Assembly: GCA_043228905.1 (NCBI GenBank)
Contig: JBHGNT010000003.1
Location: 9,920,001 to 9,984,000, forward strand
From: Azolla caroliniana
Taxonomy: Eukaryota; Plantae; Polypodiophyta
Length of the DNA: 64,000 nucleotides
Reading direction: 5' to 3'
The position numbers were made by a program, and so were the translations under genes. Of the stretch, positions 23,494 to 38,000 are shown one piece after another (the first letter of the stretch is position 1; each line of letters opens with the position of its first letter). The notes below the pieces were generated by a model that worked only from the letters and a program-made list of their open reading frames with translations, ran no database searches and was not told where the DNA came from.

Positions 23494-23657
23494 GGCATTC
23501 CTTGGTCCTCATGGCCAACAAACACTGTTATGGATCCTTGGGCACTATCACAATTTCCTAAACCCTAAACACTAGGAAGGGCCATGGAAGGCATTCTTTG
23601 GTCCTCATGGCCAACAAAAACAGTTATGGATCCTTGGGGACTATCACAATTTCCTTC
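23494..23657. repeat. Imperfect direct duplication of about 65 bp
   Basis: GGCATTC(C/T)TTGGTCCTCATGGCCAACAAA...CTATCACAATTTCCT occurs at about 23494 and about 23589. Confidence 0.75.
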
Positions 23658-23907
23658 CTACGGGAGAGCTTGTGGAGAGAGAGAGATGGTGAGGATCCAA
23701 GGTGGGTCCTCCCAATTTTATGGACTTGATGCTATGGTGTACATAGAAAAAGAGAGAGAGAAAACAGAAAGAAGGAAGGAGATTGCTTGAGCATATTTCA
23801 CTTGGGAGCTTAACGAGAAGCCATATGTGTGGTCTAGCAGCTTCACAAGACTCCATTTCATTTATTTATTTATATTTGTCTAGATATTTCTTTTTCTCCT
23901 GCAATGA

Positions 23908-24114
23908 ATGGCCAGGAAACAGTGGAATTCCAATGCTTGTGGAAAAATGGGCATGCTATGGATGGATTACTTCGCAGATCCTTCCCTCTGGTACAATAAC
24001 CTCAATAGCAAGGTAAACACAACCTCTTTCACACATTGATAGATTGATAGATTTTTAAAGAGATGAACTTGTTGATGTAAATTAATAAGGATGTGTGAGT
24101 GTGTTTTATCAAAA

Positions 24115-24173
<59 letters not shown>

Positions 24174-25954
24174 TCTGTGGCTTTGATCTACAGTGTAGTT
24201 CTCGATCACCAGATTTTAGGCATTTAATCACTAATGAGTCTTTGTGGATTCATGGGTGGTGCAATCCTACATGGGTATGTGAAGAGGTGAGAAGAAGAAA
24301 AGTTATTTTCCCGACACTAGCAATTGGCAATGTGCATGTTGAAGGATGCATTTCATATATGAAATTACTCAAAGTGTGTGCTGAGAAGAAGGATCTTTAC
24401 GAGGGAATAAGACTACATGATGAGGTTTTGAGACTTGGGTTGCTCGAGAAAAGCCCTCATCTAGCTCCATCTCTACTCAGTATGTATGCGAAGTGTAGAG
24501 CCCTTTCAAAAGCACAAGATTTGTTTGATGAGATTCCTATTCGGAATATTATATCTTGGAATGCGCTTATTGGAGGGTATGCCCAACAAGGTTTTGGTCA
24601 AGAAGCATTGAATTGTTTCGAGCATATGAAAATAGAAGGTCTCTCTCCTGATGTAATCACCTTCATTTGTATCTTAAAAGCATGTGGATGCATAGGAGAT
24701 ATTGACAAGGGCATAGAAATCCATGATAAGATTGTGTTGAATGGTTATATTCTAGATGAAAATATCATGCTTGCCACTGCATTAGTTGATATGTATGCCA
24801 AATGTTGTATGCTTGCAAAAGCGCAAAACGTGATTGAAGAGCTTTCAGTAAGGAATGAGGTCATATGGTCAGCATTACTGGCGGGATATGTTCAACAAGC
24901 AAAAGGTTATGACGCAATGATGTGTTTCGAACGGATGCGAAATGAAGGCCTCTCTCTGGATGCCGTCACATTTATATCAGTTTTAAAAGCTTGTGGCAAT
25001 GAAGGGGCAATAGAGGAAGGAAAAAGGATTCATAATGAAATTGTAAGTAGAGGATTGCTAGGAAAAAACCTAGTGCTCGGGAATGCCTTGGTAGATATGT
25101 ACACCAAATGTGGTGTTATTGAAAAAGCACATCAAGTGCATGATGAGCTTCCCGTTAGAAATGTAATCTCGTGGTCAGCATTAATAGCAGGGTATATCCA
25201 ACAAGGGAAATGTCACCAAGCATTAAATTGTTTTGAACAAATGCAAAGTGATGGTTTTTCTCCAAATGCCGTAACTTTCACTTCCATTTTGAAGGCTTGT
25301 GGAAGCATGGGAGCCGTAGACAAGGGCAAACAAATTCATGATGAGATTGCTAGTACAGGATTATTAGACAAAGATCTTGTGCTTGGTAATGCCTTGGTGG
25401 ATATGTATACAAAATTTGGTAGTGTCATAAAAGCACAGGAAGTGCTCCATGAGCTTCGGATCAGAAATGTAATAACTTGGTCTATATTAATTGCTGGATA
25501 TGCCCAACAAGGCCAAGGTCATGAAGCAATGAACTGTTTTGAACAGATGAAAAGTGAGGGATTCTCTCCAGATGCAATCACCTTCGTATCTCTTTTAAAT
25601 GCTTGTAGCCACTCGGGGATGGTGAACGAGGCTGAAACGTACTATGGAAATATGAGTAAAAAGTATGGTATCGCACCAAATTTAGAGCATCATACTAGCA
25701 TGGTGATTATTTATGGCTTTGGAGGGCACTTTGACAAGGCAATGTGTGTGATGAGGATGATGCCATCTTCTTGTTATCCTGAAGTTTGGCTTGCCCTTTT
25801 AGGTGCTTGTAGAAATAGGGGAGCTCTAAAGCTTGGAAGAATGATCTTCAACCAAGCAATACAACTTAATGATAGCTGTGCTGCAGCATATGTACTTATG
25901 GCTGATATTTATGCAGCTTTTGGCAAGATAGAAGGTGAAAAAGAAGTTAATTAA
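23908..25954 (+). CDS. PLS-class PPR protein with E domains, no DYW; exons 23908-24012 and 24194-25954
   Basis: Repeated P-L-S motifs (NALVDMYTKCG, VISWSALIAGY, PNAVTFTSILKAC) and an E-type tail (WLALLGAC...AAAYVLMADIYA). Phase-0 intron AAG|GTAAAC...CTACAG| matches the paralog. Confidence 0.88.
24117..24169. repeat. (AG)n microsatellite in the PPR intron
   Basis: Perfect AG run. Confidence 0.95.
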
Positions 25955-26955
25955 TGTAAATGCCACTTACAAGAACCCATGAATGGGTTTATTATTTTTT
26001 AGGAGATTAATTGAAAGAGGAAAATAAATTATTCATGTCTTTGAAACAGAAAACTGGAGATATTAGATGAAAACATTAATCTAAAGAAATGCATTCCACA
26101 GACGAGAACATAAAAAAAAAGTGACATGAAAGCAAGATAATATACCATAACAATGGAAACTCAAAATATACCTAGTTGAACATGGACCTACTTTAACAAT
26201 TGGTTCTTGAACCTTAGGAGCTGGAGAAATTGTGGTTTTGAGTTATACAATGAAAGATATGAGCAGCAAGATATGGACATAAACCCTCCCTTGTACAAAG
26301 ATAAAGTTTCACTTATACATATTAATTTTAAAATTCGTTCACTAATTTGTAGTGTGTCTAGGGGGCATGCTTGAAAAGAAGCCAAACCTTTGGGGGAGCT
26401 TACTAGATGAGGATTGAAAGGTAATGGGGTCTTCCTTAATTTGGATAAATTTGGGTACCCAACATTGGGAAAGCAATTTGCTACATGCTTCCGGACAAAG
26501 CCATGTTTGCGGTCATCAGTTTTGAAGGACTATATGACCAGGATCACAAAAGGTAGCAAATGACTATTCATGCTTAAACCAAAAGAGAGCAATTGAATAG
26601 TTAATGAAGTTGCTTTACTGTACGTGTCAATGGTTAATGCTACATGCCTATATTGGTTTTATAATTTATCCAATACGTTGATGGCATATGTCTATCAATT
26701 CCTGTCATTTTTCTTCAATATGTTATAACATGAATCATCATCAAGATATCAGATAAGCCGAAGCCTCAAATAAGTCTAGAAAAAATGTGAGTAATCCATT
26801 GTTTTTACTCAAAAGATGTCAAGGACAAATAAACTTGTGTATGTTTGGATGTCAATTATGTCTCTATATGTTTAATGTGGAGGGGATTTTATGAACATCA
26901 CCACAGTAACGTTTTTGCGACTCTGGACATCCTTCTAACATTAATAACATTGAGT

Positions 26956-29408
26956 TTAGATCAATGATAGTGCAGCTTCTTTTAGACTCATGGCTTCAGC
27001 CTTTTGTGCATCCTCCTCCATGCCAGCAGCTGAATATATATAACCCATAAGAACATAAGCTGCAGCACAACTGTGATCTAGCTTCAAAGTTTGACCAAAA
27101 GCCAATTTGGCAAGTTCCACGTTACCCCATTTCCTACAAGCATTCATTAATGCAAGCCAAAGTGGAAGATCGTATGAAGATGGTATTGTGCTGATAACTG
27201 ACATTGCCTTGTCAAAGCACCCTATACATCCTAGAGCAACAACAATGCAAGTATGGTGCTCTATATTGGGAATTAAACCATATACTCGGTTCATGTTGCT
27301 AAAATACATGTGGGCCTCATCGAATTGTCCAGAGTGACTACATGCATTCAGCACACCAAGCAAGGTCATTCCATCTGGAGAGAAGCCTTCCCCTTGCATG
27401 AGATGAAAACAATATAGTGCTTCTTTACCCTGTCCTTGTTGGGCATATCCTGTAATCAATGCATTCCAAGAGACAACATCCCGGACACAAAGTTCATCGT
27501 GTACTTGTTGTGCTCGTCCAATCACTCCACATTTGGCATACATATCCACCAAAGCATTGCCAAGCACTAAATCTTCTTTTAACAACCCCAAATTAACAAT
27601 TTCATCATGGATTTGTTTACCCTTGTCAATAGCACCTACACTACCACATGCCTTCAAGATGCAAGTAAATGTGACAGCATTTGGCAAGAAACCCTCAGTT
27701 CTCAAGCGTTCAAAAGAGTTTAGTGCTTCATGCTCTTGACCATGTTGAACATACCCTGTTATTAGAGCATTCCAAGACACAACATTCCTAACACGAATCT
27801 CTTCAAACCCGTTATGTGCTTTCACAAGTGCACCACATTTGGCATACATATCCACCAATGCAGTGGCAAGCACAACATTGTTCTCCAACAAGCCTCTATT
27901 TACAATCTCATCATGAATTTGTTCACCTTTGCACAAAGTTCCTATGCTACCACATGCCTTCAAGATGCAAACATAAGTGATCGCATCCGGAGATAGACCC
28001 TTTCTTTGCATTTGTTCAAAACAGTTCAATGCTTTATGCCCTTGCTCTTGTTGGGCATACCCTGAAATAAGCGCATTCCATGTGACTACATTTCTAGAGA
28101 AATGTTCATCATGCACTTTTTGTGCTTTTGAAAGCAAACCACATTTCACATACATATCTATCAAAGCATTTCCAAGCAAGACATCTTTCTCTAGCAAGCC
28201 CCTACTAGAAATCTCCTTGTGAATTTCTTCAGCTATGCCAATAGCTGCAATGTTACTACAAACATTTAAGATGCAAGTGAAAGTCACCGCATCCGGAGAA
28301 AGACCCTCACATTGCATACATTTGAAACAAACAAAAGCCTTCTGACCTTGCTCCCATTCAGCATACCCACCAATTAGTGCATTCCAAGAAAACACATTCC
28401 GAATCGGAAGCTCTTCAAGCACTTGATATGCTTTATCATGTTCACCACATTTAGCATACATACCAACCAAAGTGGTTCCAAGGAGAACACTTCTCCCTAG
28501 CAAACTATGGCCGACAATCTCCTTGTGAATTTGTTGACCCTTGCTAAGGCATTCGATGACACCAGAGGCCTTCAAGATGCTAATATAAGTTATGAAATCT
28601 GGTGAAAGGCCCTCACATTTCATGTGTTCGAAACAATTCAATGCTTCCTGACCTTGCCCTTGTTGAGCAAGCCCTCCAATAAGGGCATTCCAAGAGTCTA
28701 ATTTACGAACACGGAGCTCATCATGCACTTCTCGTGCTTTTGAAAGCATACCACATTTGGCATACATATTGATTAAGCTACTGGCAATGTAAGGGTTCTT
28801 TTCAAGTATACCTCCTTGTGCAATATATGCATGTAGTCTAACGCCTTTACAGACATCCTTCTTCTTGGCACATTCCTTGAGCAACTTAACAAATGAAAAG
28901 CCATCATCAAAATTAGGGTTTTCAAAACTATTTTTCTTGTGATTATTATCCTGCTTTCCAACACATAGTTTTCCAGGTGGTGATACTGGACTTGAGCTTC
29001 GTCTAAGCTCATTAAGAACCCAAGAAGGGTTATGCAATCCATCCACCCGCAAAGCTTCATTACTAAATCTATGTCGAAAGTCGGGCGATTTCGAGCTATT
29101 CTGTTATAAAAGAACACGAAATCTCTCTCTTTCTCATACGCATCTTTCTACTTCTCTATACATCAACCCTAAATCAATAATAAGTAAATAAAGCACATCT
29201 AGAATCCAAGACAGAAGAAGCAGAAAGGTGCAAATGCTCTGACCTTGAAGAAACCAAAAGTGTAGGATATGGAAGGATCTCGAAAGTGATCCTTCCGTAG
29301 GATATGTACCTTTTCTTTGAGGTTGTTGCCATGTGAATTCTGCTTTGAGGAGACAATGACAACAGAAGAGGAGGAGGGTTTCGAATGAATGAACTTACTC
29401 GGAAGCAT
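26956..29408 (-). CDS. PLS-class PPR protein with E domains, no DYW; exons 29244-29408 and 26956-29100
   Basis: P-L-S triplets and E tail (WLALMNAC...AAAYVLMGYIYSAAG). AAG|GTCAGA...TAACAG| joins in phase 0 and adds a Ser-rich, transit-peptide-like N-terminus. Confidence 0.9.
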
Positions 29409-29514
29409 TCATGCCAATCCCAACGATGCACAAAGCAGAGAGGATGCATCCATCATCACTGTCATAGACAATGCCATGCGAGAAGAAGCTACAGGGAGGG
29501 GCTAATAATGGGTA

Positions 29515-30480
29515 ACTGTTGGGATCGAACCAACCTGACCACGAAACCCCCTAACCCATGGATTAGCGGCTTAGCCGTTTAAACGGTTCGGTTCAGTTGA
29601 GGTTCAAAGTTTTTGTTAGCAATTCAATTCAGTTTTGATTTGGTTTGGTTTGGTCGCTTATTGGTTTGGTTCGGTTCAGTTTTGAGCCTTTATCGGTTCA
29701 ATAGTTATCGGTTTAAATGGTTTGAAACCACAATTCAAACGGTTTTAAATTTTAAATTTTGAAATATTGAAAAATTTTAAATGTTTAAAATTAAAATATA
29801 AAATTTGGAATTTTGACCTAATGTAAAAACCAAAACCGAACCGCAAAACCGTGGTTCTTGTTAGAGCTAGCTACTAGTGTAAGCATGAGATAAAGATATA
29901 ATAGATATAAAATAAGAAAGGAGAGAGAGAAAGAAGGGTGCCGATCCACCCGACCACCCGCGAGTGAAGGGATCGAGACGGACTCGAGCCTCAATTGGCC
30001 TCCCATACCACCGTTGTGGTGTTGAGTCGTACCTGGTGCTGGCGCGCTCGCTACAAGAGTTGATCCACCACTAAAACAAAGTCTCGACATAGTCAATAAT
30101 ATGTCAAATAAGGGTAGCTAGGCCTCATATTTATAGCCAGACCTAAGGCCCCCAGGCAAGTTCACTTGGCCTAATGGGTTGTCCCAATCCCAAGGATTAA
30201 AAGTAATACTTTCTTTCTTTACACTCTTGTTTAACCCTCACACTTTATCCATGTGTATAGAATACTACGGTAAATTCTTACCACGGGATATTATATGGTC
30301 ATGGTTGTAACGGTTCCTAAAACCGTTTGGTTTAAGCTTGAATTCTTTGTAACGGTTCCTAAAACCGTTTGGTTTAAGCTTGAATTCTTTGTAACGGTTC
30401 AGTTTAAATGGTTGTGGTTTGGTTAGGTTCGGTTTTAAGTTTTAATTTTTTTTTGACACTCTCGAACCGATGTCAATTGT
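29515..30480. mobile_element. AACCG/CGGTT-rich non-autonomous DNA-transposon-like remnant with unrelated sequence inserted at about 29878-30300
   Basis: Dense GGTTCGGTT/AACCGAACC motifs typical of plant hAT-like MITE subtermini; 42-bp tandem duplication at 30305-30400. Termini not resolved. Confidence 0.45.
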
Positions 30481-31064
30481 TAGGGGGGGTTATCCAATGT
30501 ATCCATGGACACACACACCTCCTACCCGCCCGTAAGGAGGTTTGAATCCTTCCTTTCACACATTGCATCCCAGAATGACTAAGAGATAATGGATCACAAT
30601 TTCTTTACTAAACTCTAATTGTCACTACCTCAACATGTTTCGATGCTCCTTAAACTACATTAGTTCTGAATGCCGGCAAGAGCTTGTTTTTTTTCCCCAA
30701 ACAAAACACTACTTCGCATTAGTTAGCCAACCGAATACCGCAAAGTTCAACTCGAATTCACAATGGGATTAGTATATACAACACGAAGGAACAACTCCAA
30801 AAAAACCTAGCAAAACTAGCAAGACCTTGTTTGCTTTAAGACTCTTTAACCAAACCCAATCTTTGCCTGAATTTGTCTCACTAAAGTTCTTGAACATCAA
30901 GAGATGCTACTCACTTTCATATGTATTATGAGAAAATGTTATATATTTGGTTTCATAGGTCATATTTGACTTCAAATGCACATGCATGGATAAGTGATGT
31001 GTTTAACCATGCATTACAACATAACATGCCCTACGATTGGACTATAAATTGGAAATAATGTAAA

Positions 31065-31620
31065 CAATTATCGAACCATCATGATCAACTCACTAATAGC
31101 AAATTTATTTGTATGTGTAATGGAATCAAAGGTAAGAGCATGGTTTGAAAAAAAATGGCAACAGAGCTTAGGGACAAGCTAGCTTTTAGAAACACTATAG
31201 CACCATCGATCACAAAGTCACTTGAGTGTTAATTTAAGAAAATCACTTGAGATTCATAAAAGCTTGTGGGGCCATTGGAAGAGTTTTGCATGCTCTAAAC
31301 TATATATTATGTATAATAATGAGTCATTTGAAAACGTGGAAAGCTTTAAATACCTTGGCCTTAAAGTTCCTTCAAATCATGGATGGAATGAATGTGCTAT
31401 CCACTGCCTAGTGGTGGAAAGAGAGCCTATTGGTGATAGCATCCCTAAGTCCACTTGGAAAGAGTTTGAAAATGTCCAAAAACATTTTCTTACAAAGTTT
31501 CTCTAATTCAAAAAACAAATACCATACACCCTCCTATTTCTTGAGACAATATCACTTTTCATTGAGATCATGGTCATGGAAAGGGTTATTAAATACATGC
31601 TTCAAGTTCAAAAAAGAAAT
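31065..31620 (+). mobile_element. Degraded non-LTR retrotransposon (RTE-like LINE) RT fragments
   Basis: NYRTIMINSLIA..., GQASFR...STIDH, ENVESFKYLGL and WKEFENVQKHFL segments with internal deletions. Confidence 0.7.
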
Positions 31621-32402
31621 GATCTTATTGCCATCTTATTAGTAAACACACATGGATGATAGATCAGATGAATAAAGAATAGGAAATCAAGATGTCCAAA
31701 AGTTTGCGGTAGAAGGTTATGTTAAATGCTAGTGTTCCTTTATGTCAAAGGTTTCATTTGGCATATTTTGATAGGTATATTAACTTTAGGAGTTGCTTCG
31801 CAATGAAGGAATGTCACTTGGGGCATGATATTTTTGTACAACTATAGACAACTATAGAGGAACACAATCACCACATGTTTATTAGTTGTGTTAACAAGAT
31901 TTATTTGAACATTTATATCAACAATATGAACTTTGTTGATTGGGTAATTGAAATCCTCTTTGCAATGAGTGCTTCTTATACTCCAAATGGAGTTTGAAGG
32001 CACATTCAAAGCTTAAAGGACATATTGGTATGGACATTCTTCTTCATGGTAACTTTCAAAAGGTGAACCCAAGCTCAACTAGATGTTTGTATGCTTATAT
32101 TCAATTGTGTCCACCATTTGCATTGGCCATCATATAGGTAACATGACAAAATAGATCGATCTAAACCAAGCAAGTGATAAGGGATACAATGGGCAATTAA
32201 GAAGTGACAATCATGTGATACTGCACACCCATAAACTACAATTAGACATTTTGTACTTATCAAAATTACTATTCACCTAAAAATTTAATCATGCCATACC
32301 ATGTGACTCGATCAACAAACAAATGGTGCTTTTATTAAGACATATACTATTTTACGAAGCATGTGTAGCATATATATGGAGAGGGAGGGAGGGAGGGAAA
32401 AC

Positions 32403-34510
32403 TGTTGACATATTTTGGTAGTGATGTGTGTGAACACACTTAGCACCACAAGGGCATTTTTTCCCTCTTTAAGAGGCTTTTTCCCCCTGTCTATAAATAC
32501 TCTCATAACCCTAACGTGGAAAAGTTTTGTGATTCAAAACAAGAACCCAACAGTGGTATCAGAGCAACTAAGCGACATTTGAGCAACAATGCAACAACCA
32601 GACATAAAGGTAATGGCTCCCATATGCAGTTCGTCTACACCATCTGTGGTGGCATTTTTCTACTGTTGCAAAACAAATTTTTGCGTATTTTCTTCCTTTG
32701 CGCAGTTTCAGTTGTGTTTTTTTTCTGCTTCCAAGTCGATTCAATCCTACTTAAAGCTCCCTTGAGTCTTCTACGACATTCCTACAACCCTCTTCTGTGC
32801 GGTTGCTACATAGAAATCAAATTTGCTTCCTTTTCTCTTCGTTGGTTCATCTTCTAAGTCAAACAGGTACGTTATTCCCTTTTATTAATTCAATAATTCC
32901 GTTTTTTGCATCAAAATGTGTTCAGTCAATTGCCATGGCTAAGAGAAATGATGTATTTCGGATTCTTGTTGTTGAGGATAAATTGTATGGAACAAATTAC
33001 CCTTTCTAGGCTTATATGATACACCATGTATTAGTAGCAAAAGGGTTGTGGAATGTGGTTCTGGGGGTTGAAAAACATATTGTTGTTGGGAACACAAATG
33101 CTGATGGTACTGATTCTTTCGAGGATGTTGATCATCCTACTCATGCTCATGCTTCAATTTCTGTTGTACCAAATGCAGAGCAACTTCGTTGGGATGGGAG
33201 AGATGCTCAGGCACATGCTTTGATAGCTTTGTCAGTGAAACGTGCCATTATTCCCCATATTCGCTCTTGCAAGTTAGCAAAGGATGCTTGGGATACTCTT
33301 ACCACTTTGTACCAAGCAAGAAATGAGGCTCGTGTTACTTATCTCTGAAAAGAGTTGGAGAGTGATCAAGCCTATTACAGGAAGTTTAGGCTAGGCAAAA
33401 CAAGCCTATTATGCATGTTGCAGATCAAGCTTTCCTAGCTACTCAAAAGGGCAAAGGTAAATGGAACTCATCTACTAGCAAGCAGAGATTTGCTAATACT
33501 TCACAAGTGAATGAAAAAAACCAAGATAAAAAACAAAAACAGTTTTGCAAATACTATAAAGGAACAAATCAAATTATAAAGAACTGTCCAAAATTGGCTG
33601 CAAAAGAGGCAAGACTCGTTGCAGAAGTCTCTACACCGAAAACAATGTCTACAAATCTTGTGTAGAATGAAGAATGGGCATTTACTTAGATTGTTTTATC
33701 CCAAGGGGAGATCACTACCACCAAACCTGCATGCTTTTTCTAACTCTGATTGGGCTGGTTGTTATGACACTCATGCGTCCACAAGTGGTTTTTGCTTCAT
33801 GCTTGGTTGCTCATGCATATCTTGGTTGAGCGAGACACAACCTTCTGTGGCCACTTCCAGTTGTGAGGTTGAGTATAGGGCAGCTTCCACAGCTATCGTT
33901 GAGTGTGTGTGACTCAAAATGCCTTTTAGCTGATTTGGGTGTTTGGGTGTTGGTCAATCTTCTGCCACCACCATCTTCACTGACAGTAAAAGCGCAATGG
34001 CAATTGCAAGGAACCATGTGTTCCATGCCTGCACTAAGCACATTGAGGTGCATTATCACCATGTCAAAGAAAGGTTCTCCGCTGGAGAGATCAGTTTGGT
34101 TTACATGCCCACACGAGACAACATTGCTGACCTCTTCACAAAGGCTCTGCCTAGAGAGAAGTTTGAAGATTTCCGCAAAGCCTTAGGACTACTCCCACTT
34201 GTGGATTGATCTATCCACATAGCTTGGCACTTGATACCATGAGTGCCAACTCCATGTTCACCGCATCACTCCCAAGGGGGATTTGTTGACATATTTTGGT
34301 AATGATGTGTGTAAACACACTCAAGATAGTGATGTGTGAACACACTTAAGACAATGATGTGTGAACACACTCAAGACAGTGATGTATGTGAACACACTTA
34401 GGACCACAAAGGCATTTTTCCCCTCTTTAGGAGGGTTTTTCGCCTATCTATAAATACTCTCATTACTCTAAAGCGGAAAAGTTTGTGTGATTCAAAACAA
34501 AAACCCAACA
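32403..34510 (+). mobile_element. Internally deleted Copia element F (gag remnant plus RNaseH remnant)
   Basis: LTRs 32403-32552 and 34284-34510. PBS at 32554-32565. PPT AAGGGGGA. Flanks AAAAC/AGAAC. Gag residues join directly to RNaseH (FSNSDWAG, TKHIEVHYHH, ADLFTKAL). Confidence 0.88.
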
Positions 34511-35019
34511 AGAACTCCATTGTAGCGATGGATTAACACAAAGGAATCGTAAGGATATCACCAAACATTTTATTATGTACATTAACAAAAACTTGAATCC
34601 TAATGAAATCATCAGATAGAAATTTTTTATTTCTCAACCAACATAACAATTTACTTAAAATAATATCTCTACCATCTTCATCCAAACTCCAAACAAGGAT
34701 CCTGAGTCATTATAGAAGTATTCCATAGAAAGAGAGATCAAAAGTATGGGAGAATTCCTTAGAAACCATACACAATACAAATTCTAGTGTTTAAATATAT
34801 AGTACATTTTCTCTTCATCAATGGCTAAATGACTTAGCCAATCAAATTATCCCATGATTACATGTTGACACGCTCAAGGTTTTATTATGGAGTGTAATTT
34901 CTAATATATTGATAAAAATTGTGTAATTTTATAATATATTCCTTATAAATCTCAATCTTTACAAATAGTTGAAAACCGCAGAATAAGACTTCCAACTCCT
35001 AGCATGTAAGAAAAGTTCC

Positions 35020-38000
35020 TTATGCTAAATCCTCCTTAGAAGCAACATGAGGATACCTTCCTAGTGAGTTCCATAGAATGTAATCTCCAGATACTACCTG
35101 TGCCGAGACTTCGCATGGAACTTTTGAGCCTGGAAAGATACCAATCTGCAAACCCCACAAACCAACAAAAAAGAAATTGAGAGCATGATAGAAAAAGTTG
35201 GGAGAGAATTTGTGTTCAATTCCAAGTCTTTACCCACAAAAATAGGAACTTGTCTGGCATTCATAATGAATTCAATAACATTATTCCACATTTAAAAATG
35301 TGTACAACTTCTATATGACATGCAGAAAACTAGAAATAAGAGATCTATGTGAGTGATATAAACTTATTTTCGAGCACACCAATCTTGCTTAGTGATTATA
35401 GACTCTTGTTATAAACTTTAGGGTAATCTAGGATCCAACAAAATTTAATAGTTTGATTGGAAACAGTCCTAGCATGAGTTTTGTAACTCCAGCCACTTCC
35501 TTACAGAAGCATCATTGATTTTTGCTTTCAGAAGATTTATCCAGACAACCATTTAAGGAAGAAGATATATTTGAATGCACCATAGGACTTTCACCAAAAC
35601 GAGCTTTGGTAGATAAGATGCACTAGCTATATCATCACAAGGAAGGCCTGTTTACATAGACACTCAAAATTTGTCTTATAGATGCTTTATGAGCTGACAG
35701 AACTAGATAGAAATTACCGTTTTTGAATCAATTGCCAATCCTGACATGGAACCTCCAACAAGCCTGAATGAAACCTGTCATAATAATCATATAGAAACGG
35801 TTAGTATGACAACAGAAACATGGAGAACTAATTCTTTTGGTCTATGGGAGAAATTTTCCAGCGACGAATTTGAGGGCACCAAGGTAATCTTTTACAAGAA
35901 GATAATAGCTAAACCACCAACTAAATAAATATATGAAAAATTATTCAGTAGTCAATACAAACATGGAGAAATAATTCTTTTGTGTTATTGAAGACCAACA
36001 TTCTAAGAATTTTCAGGCACACAATGAGGTTATCTTTTACAAGAAGACCAACCAATGATGACTAAAGCAGCAAATGAATGAATATTATGAAAATGCAAAA
36101 AATGCATGCAGTCGTAAAGCCTTCCACTCTCCACCCTTTCAAAATACCCACAGCAAGGTTGCCCACTAGGTTCCAACTGAGAATCGTCTTAGAAACATAA
36201 CATATTGAACAGTGCAGAATGCTGTTTTGAGCTATCTTGAATTAGCGAGAAACATAAAAAGTACCCAATGTTTTTCAACGCATGCTTTTGCTGCAAGATA
36301 GATTCATCTTTTTAAGGTTCACGGATGTTTTGACATTATTTTTTTAATAAGACAAATCAAGTCAGTGCGCAATTGATCCTCTTGAATGAAATTTTGCATT
36401 AGTTTCAAAAAAACACAAATAAGGTTTATCTTCACCTTTGCGTAACTGTAAGCATCCCAACAAAATGGCTCATTCAAGTCAACTGCAGCCAACTTAAGGT
36501 CTTCTTTTGTCATTCTCTCTTGTAGCATATCTTGTGCCTGATTCTTATCAGCATTTGATTCAGCCACAAGATCAAACTCATCACTGTAGCCATCCAAGGT
36601 AAATTGTGGCCTATTTGAACTCTTGACATTCATAGTCTGCCCAAATCTTATGGTACCCGGGAACGTCACTTCTGTATTCTTCGACAATGCTCGGGCACTA
36701 ACAACAAGTTTCCATTCCACTAAATTTTCAAAGGCTGAAAAAACACCCATTGATGGGTTACCATCAATAGAGATTATTTTCCTCATTGTTGAAGGAATTG
36801 TTATAGTGCAGCTCTCCATTGTAAATGGGGATTTATAACCTTCCAGCAAACGCAGCTTAAACAGAAATGCACCCTCGTTTTCAGATACCATTGACAGTTG
36901 GTAGAATCCCTGAACAGGAGGCTTCATATTTGCAAGCAGTGCATGATAATGAACCAACACAAAATTGCCAAGTGGAGGTGAAAACATGATTGTTTGTTTA
37001 TCCTGTCCCTTGTCAAATGGTTGTGCTTGGCAGCACGGATGATAGCTGAATGATTCAAACTTAGTTGTATTGGGATACATTAATGGAAGAGACACATCAG
37101 GCAATCCTTCCAACTCAGCCTTACAATTGATTTGACCCGCTAAAGTAACAGTATCAGGAACATCGTCTCGATCATATAAAGCTGCCGATACAGCTTCAGA
37201 TACTGTAAACAATATTCTTTGTTGCTTGCCTTTATATAAGTAGGGCTTCCAAGCTGGTTGCGTTTGATCCATAGGTGGTGCATCAGGAAACAAAAATCCA
37301 TTAGACCTCATGGATGCAATGGTAGCAGCTGTCACATCTAACGGAATGCCTGTAAGGACATACCAATGGTATCAGTAAATCCAGTTCTCCTATAATATTT
37401 TCATAATCAACATTTCTGTAGAGAAATTCTGTATGTTTGTTAGAATTATGTTTTTCTTTAAGTTAGGAAAGATTTAGACCAAATGGCATCGAACTCGTCA
37501 CAAAGCTTCGCAAAGCGTCTCTATCTGCCGGTTTTAAAGCAATTTTCCCACTTGTAACTGTGCCTGTGTTTATAGCTGGTTGCGCTTGTACCATGATAGG
37601 TTTAGTTCTTGCTGCAATAGCAATGCCCACTGTTATTGAATCCAATAATCCTCCAACAGTTGGAATGGTGTTTTGAAATACATCTGGCTCATTTGTATCC
37701 CCGGTAATAATATCTCCAATGAGCTTGGCAACCATAAAAGCCCTATATCACATTCACAATCTAAGCAGGATGACATAGCAGATATTAAATCTTAAGATAA
37801 CAGCACTTAGTTGGTCTACTAACCCAGTAACACATGGCAATTCTAGGAACATTGAAGATAAGCTATGAAACTGTTGGTGGCCTTTAATGCAAGGGATCCC
37901 GCGTGTGTGCCTTCGGGAAATTATTGCATATCCTTTGAGATGTTGAGGTTCCACCAATGGCAAGACAAGGATTTGGAAGTTTCCTTTCAAGTGGAGAATT

